64,000 bases of DNA from Candidatus Dormiibacterota bacterium (GTDB taxonomy: Bacteria > Chloroflexota > Limnocylindria > Limnocylindrales > CSP1-4): assembly GCA_035631615.1 (NCBI GenBank), contig DASQIK010000016.1, positions 64,577-128,576 of the forward strand. The letters run 5' to 3'. Position 1 is the stretch's first letter. The number at the start of each line of letters is the position of its first letter. A program made the position numbers and the translations under genes. Under the pieces are notes generated by a model. It was not told where the DNA came from and searched no databases. It was given only the letters and a program-made list of their open reading frames with translations. This document shows, piece after piece, positions 57,187 to 64,000 of the stretch.

Positions 57187-58554
57187 ATGGGCCTGCGCCT
57201 GATCCAGGGCGGGCGCTCCACGGATGGCGCGCCGGGCCTGCTCATCGAGCATGCCGCGGAGGTCGCGACGATGGCCGGCGGGATCCGCCTCGGCGTGCGG
57301 ATGGACGACCCGGCACTGCTCGTCGCGCCGGGTGGCGATCCCCGACACGAGGCGGCGCCCGCGGTCGCGTGCTGGGAGGGCCGGATCCTCGCGGCTGGAC
57401 CCCGCAACGACCTGCTCAGGGCGATCGAGGGGAGCAACTACCCGATCCCACGCTTCGCCAGGCTCGACGCGGGCGGCGGCACGGTGACGCCGGGCCTGAT
57501 CGACCCGCACACCCATCTCCTGTTCGGCGGCTCGCGCGAGGGCGAGCTGGTCCTTCGCCAGCGCGGCGCCGACTACCTCGAGATCCTGCAGGCCGGCGGC
57601 GGGATCCTGTCGACCGTGGCCGCGACCCGCGCGGCCACCGACCAGCAGCTCGCCGACCACGGCCGCCGCTGGCTGGGCGAGATGCTCGCCCACGGCACGA
57701 CCACGATCGAGGCCAAGTCCGGGTACGGCCTCGACCTGCCGACCGAGCTCCGCCTGCTCGACATCGCGTACGAGCTCGGCAAGGAGGGCCCGGTCGACGT
57801 GCTGCCGACGTGGCTCGGCGCCCATGCCGTCGCGCCCGAGTTCCGCGGCCGCCCCGACGGCGCCGAGGCGTACGTCCGGTACCTGCTCGAGGAGCAGCTC
57901 CCCGGCGTCGTGGCCCAGGGCCGAGCCAGGTTCGCGGACGTGTTCTGCGAGCGCGGCGTCTTCAACCCGGCGCAGTCCCGCCGCATCCTCGAGGAGGCCG
58001 CCCGGCTCGGGCTCGCCTCGCGGCTGCACGCCGACGAGCTGGCGCCCAGTGGCGGAGCGGAGCTCGCGGCCGAGATCGGTGCGCTTTCGGCCGACCACCT
58101 CGCGGTCCCCTCCGACGCGGGTGTCGATGCGCTCGCCGCCGCGGCCGCCGCGGGACATCCCGTCATTGCGGTCGTCCTCCCGGCGACGACCTGGTTCCTC
58201 ATGCACGACGAGGTCGCGCCGGCGCGCCGATTCATCGAACGCGGGATTCCGGTCGCGCTGGCGACCGACTTCAACCCCGGAACGTCACCAACCGCGAGCC
58301 TGCCGCTGGTGATGACGGTCGCCTGCCTCGAGCTGAAGCTCACGCCCTCGGAGGCGCTCGCGGCGGTGACGATCAATGCCGCCGCGGCGCTCGGGCTCGC
58401 CGACGAGCTCGGCTCGATCGAGACCGGCCGCCACGCCGACCTCGCGATCTGGAACGTTCCCACGCACCGCCAGATTCCGTACTGGCCCGCCGCGGACCTC
58501 GTCCGCGCCGTCATCAAGCGGGGTCGCGTGGTCCTGGAGCGCGCCCCGGCCTAG
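57187..58554 (+). CDS. hutI: Imidazolonepropionase
   Basis: 'VTPGLIDPHTHLLFGGSR', 'TTIEAKSGYGL', 'RLHADELA' and 'ALATDFNPGTSP'. ATG 57187 inside track ORF 56191..58554. Confidence 0.9.
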   Translation: MGLRLIQGGRSTDGAPGLLIEHAAEVATMAGGIRLGVRMDDPALLVAPGGDPRHEAAPAVACWEGRILAAGPRNDLLRAIEGSNYPIPRFARLDAGGGTVTPGLIDPHTHLLFGGSREGELVLRQRGADYLEILQAGGGILSTVAATRAATDQQLADHGRRWLGEMLAHGTTTIEAKSGYGLDLPTELRLLDIAYELGKEGPVDVLPTWLGAHAVAPEFRGRPDGAEAYVRYLLEEQLPGVVAQGRARFADVFCERGVFNPAQSRRILEEAARLGLASRLHADELAPSGGAELAAEIGALSADHLAVPSDAGVDALAAAAAAGHPVIAVVLPATTWFLMHDEVAPARRFIERGIPVALATDFNPGTSPTASLPLVMTVACLELKLTPSEALAAVTINAAAALGLADELGSIETGRHADLAIWNVPTHRQIPYWPAADLVRAVIKRGRVVLERAPA

Positions 58555-59222
58555 ACCTTGCCGCGGGACTCCAGGAGGACGGTGGTCGTCTCCTGCGGGA
58601 GGGTCGAGATCGTGACCGAGAGCTTGGGCTGGGCGGTGGGGTCGCCGCCCATCTCGTGGAAGAACTTGCCGACCGCCTCGACACAATCCGCGTCGTCGGC
58701 GCAGACGGGCATCGCGATGACGAGCTTGGGGTCCAGCTGGGCGATGAGCGCCGCCGTCTTCGTCGCCGTCAGCGAGCCGCCGACCGGCACGCACGCGATG
58801 TCGACCGGCCCGATGTCGCCGAGCTCCTGCTGCCCGAGCAGGTGGCCGACGTCGCCCAGGTGGATGGTGTGGAGCCCGTCGAGCTCGACGACGAAGGCCG
58901 TTCCGTCGCCGCGCTGCTCGCCCCTTGCTTCGTCGCGGTAGGTCCGGACCCCGGTCAGGAGGACGTCGCGGACCTCGTACTCGCCCGGTCCATCCACGCT
59001 GAAGGAGCTCTCGAGGCTGGTCGGCAGGACCGTCCTGCCGTCTCGCGTTCGCTTGCCCTTCGCCTTCGCGAGCGGCGCGTCGTCGGCGTGGCTGTACGTG
59101 GCGATGTCACCGGTGATCCCGCGCCCGGTCGGCCCAACGATGGACTGGTACGCGTCAGCGACCACGACGGCGTCGCGCCCCCGCAGCCGCACGCACGTCC
59201 CGCCATACCAGGTGATCTCCAT
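58551..59222 (-). CDS. MBL-fold (Lactamase_B_3/UPF0173-like) protein, metal motif degenerate
   Basis: 'MEITWYGGTCVRLRG...VVVADAY' and 'HLGDVGH' resemble the MBL-fold family. The HxHxDH position reads 'YSHADD'. Confidence 0.55.
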   Translation of the reverse strand: MEITWYGGTCVRLRGRDAVVVADAYQSIVGPTGRGITGDIATYSHADDAPLAKAKGKRTRDGRTVLPTSLESSFSVDGPGEYEVRDVLLTGVRTYRDEARGEQRGDGTAFVVELDGLHTIHLGDVGHLLGQQELGDIGPVDIACVPVGGSLTATKTAALIAQLDPKLVIAMPVCADDADCVEAVGKFFHEMGGDPTAQPKLSVTISTLPQETTTVLLESRGKV

Positions 59223-59562
59223 CGCCCGATTCTGTCACACGTGACGCACCGCCCGATTGCGTGAAACAACCGAACGACAACCAGCCGCCCACGAGAAACC
59301 CTCTCTGGCTGATGGCTTGCAGCGGGGGCACAGGGCCAAGGTCCGGCAGATCGCGGTCGTCGAAGGCAAAAAGAAGACCGGGAGCGCCTGCCCAATCGGC
59401 GCCCCCGGTCGGAGGGAGGGAGGATGGAACCTCGAGGGTTCGGTCCGAGGAGGACACTAGATGTCAGGTGTTCAGACGCAGCCCGCCAAGCGATTAAGAA
59501 ACGCCAACGCGTCCGAAGGTCCCGGCGACGGCGGCCTGCGGGGCCGGTACGATCGCGAGCCG

Positions 59563-60828
59563 ATGCCTCCGAACACCCTCCGTCGCGCGCTCGCGGTTGC
59601 GCTGGCCTTCGTGGTCGCCGCGTGCAGCGCGACGACTCCGACCGCCCCGGCGGCGACCCTGGGACCGACGCCACCGTCGGCGACCGCCGCCCCACCGACG
59701 CCGACCCCGATCCCCAAATCGGCGGCGGAGCAGTACGCGGCGATTCGCGCCCAGGTCGAGCAGATCCGCGGCCTCCAGCCGACCGGCGACGTTGCCCCGG
59801 TGACGATCGACGAGACCCAGCTCCGGGCCAACCTCGGCGCCGAGTTTGATGCGTCGAACACCGCGGCCGACATCAGGAATGCCGAGGACGAGCTGATCAC
59901 CCTCGGGCTGCTGCCCAGAGGCTCGTCCCTCAAGGCCCTGACGCTGGATCTCGAGGCCGGCCAGGTCGCCGGCTATTACTCGCCCGAGAAGAAGCAGCTG
60001 TTCGTGGTCAGCCGCTCGGGTGGCCTCGGCGGCGCGGAGCTCGTGACGTACGCCCACGAGTTCACCCATCAGCTCCAGGACCAGCGGCTCGACCTCCAGG
60101 GGCTCGCGCTCGACGTCCACGATCAGGCCGATCGCTCGCTCGCACGCCTCGCGCTGGTCGAGGGTGACGCCACCTCCGTCCAGAGCACGTGGATGACCGA
60201 GAACCTCAGCGCGCAGCAGCTCGGGCAGGTCATGAGCGCGGCCATGGACCCGGCGGCCCTCAAGGCCCTGTCGGATGCGCCGCGCTATCTCCGGGAGACG
60301 GCGCTCTTCCCGTACAACGACGGGTTCGCGTTCGTCACGGGGCTGATCGCGCAGGGCGGCTATGCGGCCGTGAACGCCGCGTTCAAGGACCCGCCCGCCT
60401 CGACCGAGCAGATCCTCCACCCGGCGAAGTACCAGCAGCACGAGGCGCCGATCGTCGTGCATCTGCCGGCGAAGCTTGCCTCGACCCTTGGGCCTGGCTG
60501 GTCGATTGCCGCCGAGGACACGCTCGGCGAGGAGGTCATCAAGATCTGGCTCGAGCAGGTGCTGTCGGCGCCCGACGCCGCGGCCGGCGCCGCCGGCTGG
60601 GGCGGCGATCGCCTCGCGCTGCTGCGCGGCCCCAACGGCGCCGTCTCAATCGGCCTGCGGACCGAATGGGACACCCCGGCCGACGCGGCGGAGTTCCTGG
60701 CCGCCGCGGTCAAGACCGAGGCCGGGCTCGGCCTGCACGCAAGCGCCCAGAGCGTGGCGGGCTCGACCGTGGTCACGATCGCGATCGGCGACGGCAGCGC
60801 GGTCCTCGCGGCTGCGCTGGCGAAGTAG
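59563..60828 (+). CDS. Lipoprotein with HExxH zinc-metallopeptidase motif
   Basis: ATG 59563. Lipobox 'FVVAACS', Pro/Thr-rich linker and 'VTYAHEFTHQLQD' (HExxH). Confidence 0.65.
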   Translation: MPPNTLRRALAVALAFVVAACSATTPTAPAATLGPTPPSATAAPPTPTPIPKSAAEQYAAIRAQVEQIRGLQPTGDVAPVTIDETQLRANLGAEFDASNTAADIRNAEDELITLGLLPRGSSLKALTLDLEAGQVAGYYSPEKKQLFVVSRSGGLGGAELVTYAHEFTHQLQDQRLDLQGLALDVHDQADRSLARLALVEGDATSVQSTWMTENLSAQQLGQVMSAAMDPAALKALSDAPRYLRETALFPYNDGFAFVTGLIAQGGYAAVNAAFKDPPASTEQILHPAKYQQHEAPIVVHLPAKLASTLGPGWSIAAEDTLGEEVIKIWLEQVLSAPDAAAGAAGWGGDRLALLRGPNGAVSIGLRTEWDTPADAAEFLAAAVKTEAGLGLHASAQSVAGSTVVTIAIGDGSAVLAAALAK

Positions 60829-60831
60829 CGG

Positions 60832-62529
60832 CTACATCGCCTCGGGCGCGGAGATCCCGAGGAGGCCGAGGGCGTTCGCGAGTGAGATTCGCGTCGCATC
60901 GACGAGGGCCAGCCGCGAAGCCGAGCGCGCCGGCTCGTCGAGATCCACGACGCGGGCGTCGCGGTAGAAGGCATGGAACGCCGTGGCGAGCTCGGTCGCG
61001 TAGGTCGTGACGCCCTGGGTCTCCTGTGCCGCGGCCGCGTCCTCGACGACCTCGGGCAGCCGCGCAACGATCAACGCAAGCGCGCGCTCCTCGGCGCCGG
61101 CGAGCGCGCCCGCCAGGGATGGTGCGGCGGCGAGCCCGGCCGCGGCCGCCTTGCGGAGGATCGCGGCAATCCGCGCGTGCGCGTACTGCACGTAGTAGAC
61201 CGGGTTCTCGCTCGACTGCCGCCTGGCGACCTCGATGTCGACGTCCATGTTCACGTTGGCGCCGCGGCTCGCGAAATACCAGCGCGCCGCGTCTGCGCCG
61301 AGCTCGGCGAGCAGGTCGTCCAGCGCGATGAACGTGCCTGCGCGCTTCGACATGGACAGCTCCTGGCCGTTCTCAACGAAGTGCACCCAGCCGGTCAGGA
61401 TCATCTCGACGGCCGACTTGTCGAAGCCCATCGCCTCGGCGGCGTTGCGCACTCGCGCGACGGTCCCGTGGTGATCCGCGCCCCAGATGTAGATCAGGTG
61501 GTCGAAGCCGCGGCTGAACTTCTCGGTCACGTAACCGATGTCGTACGCGAAGTAGGTCAGTGAGCCATTCGAGCGGATCACGACGCGGTCCTTGTCGTCA
61601 CCGAACGCCGTCGAGCGGAACCACGTCGCACCGTCGAGCTCGTACAGGTGCCCACCCTCGCGCAGGCGCGCGATCGCGCGCTCGACCCAGCCGTTCGCGG
61701 TCAGGCTGCCCTCGGAGGTCCAGACGTCGAACCTGACGCCCAGTGCGGCGAGCGAAGCCTCGATGCCCGTCCGGATCCGATCGGAGGCCCACTTGCCGGC
61801 CGCCCAGGTGCGGGCTTCCTCCGCCGGGACGTCGGCACCCGGCGTGGACAGTGCCTCGGGCAGCTCCGGCGCGAGCTCGACCACGTACTCGCCGTGATAG
61901 CCGTCCTCGGGGATCGGGCGGCCCTCGCGGATGGCCAGGATGGAGGCGCCCAGGTTGCGGACCTGCGCCCCGGAGTCATTGAAGTAGTACTCGCGCGTCA
62001 CCCGCTGGCCGCCCGCCTCGAGGACGCGCGCCAGCAGGTCCCCGACGAACGCGCCCCGGGCGTTCCCGACGGTCAGCGGGCCGGTTGGGTTGGCCGAGAC
62101 GAACTCGACGTTGACGTGGCGCGTCGGAGCGCCGGCCGCGTCGCTGTGCGCGCGGCCCCAGGCCATCGGTTCGGCGCGCGCCGCATCGACGACCGCCTCG
62201 ATCGCCGCATCGGAGAACCGGAGGTTCAGGAAGCCCGGCCCTGCGACCTCGACCGTCGCGATCGACCGGCCGGCACCGTAGGCCGCGACCTCACGGAGTG
62301 CGTCCGCGATAACAGCGGCGATCGCTGCCGGCGCCATGCGCAGCGGCCGAGACAGGCGAAGGGCGAGATTCGCCGCGACGTCGCCGTGCTCGGGCTTGGC
62401 CGGCCGGCTGACCTCGATCTCGGCGGCACGGGCCTCGGGGTCGTCCGGCAGCCGGCCGGAGGTGATGGCGCGCTCCAGGGCCGCCTCGACGGCGTCCCGA
62501 GCGAAGCCCCGGAGGGTGGTCGTGTGCAT
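60832..62529 (-). CDS. argS: Arginine--tRNA ligase
   Basis: 'FVSANPTGPLTVGNARGA' (HIGH-type), 'LSMSKRAGT' (KMSK-type) and the C-terminal anticodon-binding 'YVQYAHARI'. Start at ATG 62529. Confidence 0.9.
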   Translation of the reverse strand: MHTTTLRGFARDAVEAALERAITSGRLPDDPEARAAEIEVSRPAKPEHGDVAANLALRLSRPLRMAPAAIAAVIADALREVAAYGAGRSIATVEVAGPGFLNLRFSDAAIEAVVDAARAEPMAWGRAHSDAAGAPTRHVNVEFVSANPTGPLTVGNARGAFVGDLLARVLEAGGQRVTREYYFNDSGAQVRNLGASILAIREGRPIPEDGYHGEYVVELAPELPEALSTPGADVPAEEARTWAAGKWASDRIRTGIEASLAALGVRFDVWTSEGSLTANGWVERAIARLREGGHLYELDGATWFRSTAFGDDKDRVVIRSNGSLTYFAYDIGYVTEKFSRGFDHLIYIWGADHHGTVARVRNAAEAMGFDKSAVEMILTGWVHFVENGQELSMSKRAGTFIALDDLLAELGADAARWYFASRGANVNMDVDIEVARRQSSENPVYYVQYAHARIAAILRKAAAAGLAAAPSLAGALAGAEERALALIVARLPEVVEDAAAAQETQGVTTYATELATAFHAFYRDARVVDLDEPARSASRLALVDATRISLANALGLLGISAPEAM

Positions 62530-62895
62530 CCCGGCATGGTACCGACGGCGCGATCCGGCCCGGTCGGCGGAGACGCGCATGCGTGTCACCGACCAGACAG
62601 GCGGTGCGTCCGGTACCAATCGAAACGCACCGGCCCATGACCAATGGCGCTCCAAGTTCGACCAAACGCACCAGTTTCGTGGGGCGGACTGCGGCGGAGA
62701 CGTCCGACGCGGTGGGGTTTATGGGGGGGTAGAAGTACTAGACGACCCATGGACCTTCGAGCACACTTCGGCCCCGGTCGACCCGAACCAGGGTCGCGGG
62801 ACTTCGAAACAGGGGTTCCTCGGTACTCCCCAACGAAGCGAAATCATCCAAGGTCCGGTCCATTGTTTCGGGATAGCGGAGGGAACCACTCGAGG

Positions 62896-63720
62896 ATGAG
62901 CACCACGCAGAAGCTCGGTGCACTCTTCGGCGCAGTCGTGCTGCTGTTCGCGGTCATCGGGATCGCTGCCGCGGCGGCGCCCGGGGTTACCGAGCAGGGC
63001 GTTTCGCCGATCCTGCACGACGGTGCCAACATCACCGCCGCCGGCGACGGCAACAACGACAAGGCGAACTGCAATGCCGCCGATGCGGTGGAGATCGGGG
63101 ACACCTCCGGCGACAGCACGTCGACCAACGGTGTCACGGTTCACATGACCACCGGCAACGGCGAGTCGGGTGAGCAGGGCAACGAAGTCGACTTCACGGT
63201 CGACAACGGCGTCGTCACGATCGCCTACATCAAGGGCGGCAACGGCTACAACGAGTACGACTACGGCGTGAGTGGGGCGGCATGGGATGCCGACCTGTAC
63301 TCGCCGGTGAACGGCAGTGGCAACCCGGCCGGCCTCAGCCACGCCGTGTTCTGCACCGGCCCGGCGCAGCCGTCGGAGGCTCAGTCCGACGCGCCGTCGT
63401 TCGAGCAGAGCCAGGCGGATACGACGTCGGCTCCTTCGGAAGCCGCTCCTTCGGACCCCGTTTCTTCGGAAGCCGCTCCCTCGGAAGCCGCTCCCTCGGA
63501 AGCCGCTGCGTCGGAGCCCGTTTCTTCGGACCCCGTTTCGGGGGCTCCGTCCTTCGAGCAGCGCCTGGCCGACCTGACGCAGTGCCCGTGCGACACGACC
63601 GCCGGCCTCGCGAACACCTCCCACCCGGCTGGCGGGGCGTGGCTCCTCGTGGTTGCGCTCGGGGTGCTGCTCGCGAGTGTCGTCGTGCTCACCCCGGCGC
63701 GGGCCAAGAACCGGCGCTAG
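62896..63720 (+). CDS. Secreted repeat protein with C-terminal sortase-like sorting signal
   Basis: ATG 62896 is preceded by GGAGGGA. Signal peptide 'LGALFGAVVLLFAVIGIAAAAAP'. Seven 'SEAAP'-type repeats. C-terminus 'LANTSHPAGGAWLLVVALGVLLASVVVLTPARAKNRR' has a motif, a hydrophobic helix and a basic tail. Confidence 0.65.
   Translation: MSTTQKLGALFGAVVLLFAVIGIAAAAAPGVTEQGVSPILHDGANITAAGDGNNDKANCNAADAVEIGDTSGDSTSTNGVTVHMTTGNGESGEQGNEVDFTVDNGVVTIAYIKGGNGYNEYDYGVSGAAWDADLYSPVNGSGNPAGLSHAVFCTGPAQPSEAQSDAPSFEQSQADTTSAPSEAAPSDPVSSEAAPSEAAPSEAAASEPVSSDPVSGAPSFEQRLADLTQCPCDTTAGLANTSHPAGGAWLLVVALGVLLASVVVLTPARAKNRR
63430..63534 (+). repeat. 15-bp in-frame tandem repeat, 7 units (GCTCCxTCGGAAGCC variants)
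   Basis: Units at 63430, 63445, 63460, 63475, 63490, 63505 and 63520 were read directly. They encode the (A/V)(P/S)SE(A/P) repeats of the secreted protein. Confidence 0.85.
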
Positions 63721-63755
63721 GCGCAGTCCCGAACGGCGACCAGACCAAGGACAGG

Positions 63756-63784
63756 AGGGCCCGGGAAACCGGGCCCTCTTTCCT
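63756..63784 (+). terminator. Intrinsic terminator
   Basis: GAGGGCCCGG-GAAA-CCGGGCCCTC is a perfect 10-bp GC-rich stem with a GNRA-like tetraloop. It is followed by TTTCC and lies 36 nt after the stop at 63720. Confidence 0.75.
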
Positions 63785-63839
63785 CGTGCGTCGCGCCGCT
63801 CGCGGCCCCCTGGGAGACGGCTCCTCTCGGCGAAGGGAC

Positions 63840-64000
63840 CTAGTTGTTGCCCCCGCCGCCGTGGTTGGCGTCCGGGACGTGCGTCGGGTGGGGCTGCGGT
63901 GTGGGCTTGCCGCCACCCTGGCGCCCGCCCTGCTGGGCGCCCTGCTGCTGCAGCTTGTCGAGCGCCTTCTGGCTCGTGGCGAGCGCATGCTCGATGGCGG
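63840..64000 (-). CDS. Partial CDS (C-terminal end only), hypothetical Gln/Gly/Pro-rich tail
   Basis: Hand translation of the minus strand gives '...AIEHALATSQKALDKLQQQGAQQGGRQGGGKPTPQPHPTHVPDANHGGGGNN*' with TAG at 63842..63840. There is no in-frame stop up to the window edge, and third positions are G/C-rich. It is absent from the ORF track because its start lies outside the window. Confidence 0.35.
   Translation of the reverse strand, partial: AIEHALATSQKALDKLQQQGAQQGGRQGGGKPTPQPHPTHVPDANHGGGGNN

Noticed and set aside
62640-62895. tRNA or other small RNA gene in the less GC-rich gap upstream of the secreted-protein gene.
   Set aside because: No acceptor stem and T-loop (GGTTCGAATCC-like) combination or cloverleaf could be built. 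'GGGACTTCGAAACAGGGG' is not a T-arm.
63689-63988. Track ORF 63689..63988(-), 99 aa.
   Set aside because: It gives an Arg/Ser/Pro-rich wrong-frame product. It crosses the strong terminator hairpin and overlaps the 3' end of the secreted-protein gene. A different minus frame (63840..64000) gives the plausible partial CDS.

Overview
This is a high-GC (about 70%) bacterial chromosomal window. GTG starts are frequent, and many adjacent genes are coupled by 4-nt ATGA/GTGA start/stop overlaps. The LexA operators are Cheo-type (CGAAC-N4-GTTCG), which fits an Actinomycetota- or Chloroflexota-like host; I cannot place it more precisely from sequence alone. No rRNA, tRNA, CRISPR array, transposase or integrase was recognised.

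Layout:
- 0-26 kb: a very large cell-envelope glycan locus. It holds three GT4 and two GT2 polyprenyl-phosphate-type transferases, gmd/fcl plus a second gmd-like gene, a sugar dehydrogenase and an epimerase. It also has an acyltransferase-3, a CelD-like GNAT, a PIG-L deacetylase and at least seven polytopic GT-C/GT87(DUF2029)-like membrane proteins. Two repeat-rich intergenic hotspots interrupt it.
- 26-31.3 kb: pcm, a disordered single-pass membrane protein, a DUF5317-MFS fusion and a membrane HD-GYP phosphodiesterase.
- 30.6-33.7 kb: a lower-GC island whose edges fall inside genes. It carries a 29-codon micro-ORF and the C-terminal two thirds of a 1080-aa MalT-like STAND ATPase that ends in a wHTH+BTAD (SARP) module.
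- 35-42 kb: dodecin, a zinc-ribbon protein, dnaB, lexA, rplI, dinB, a histidine phosphatase and a small gene. The small gene sits behind a near-exact copy of the lexA promoter and SOS box.
- 42-58.6 kb: a complete tetrahydrofolate-dependent histidine utilisation set (hutH, hutU, hutI, glutamate formimidoyltransferase, cyclodeaminase, folD, fhs), interleaved with MFS transporters.
- 58.6-64 kb: an MBL-like protein, an HExxH lipoprotein, argS and a secreted repeat protein with a sortase-like C-terminal signal.

Most worth a second look:
- the GT-C-dense glycan locus;
- a roughly 190-bp composite inverted-repeat element present twice;
- the candidate new SOS gene;
- the low-GC island with the micro-ORF and the unusual STAND-SARP regulator.

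Many long ORFs in the supplied track are off-frame or antisense artefacts of high GC and were not called.
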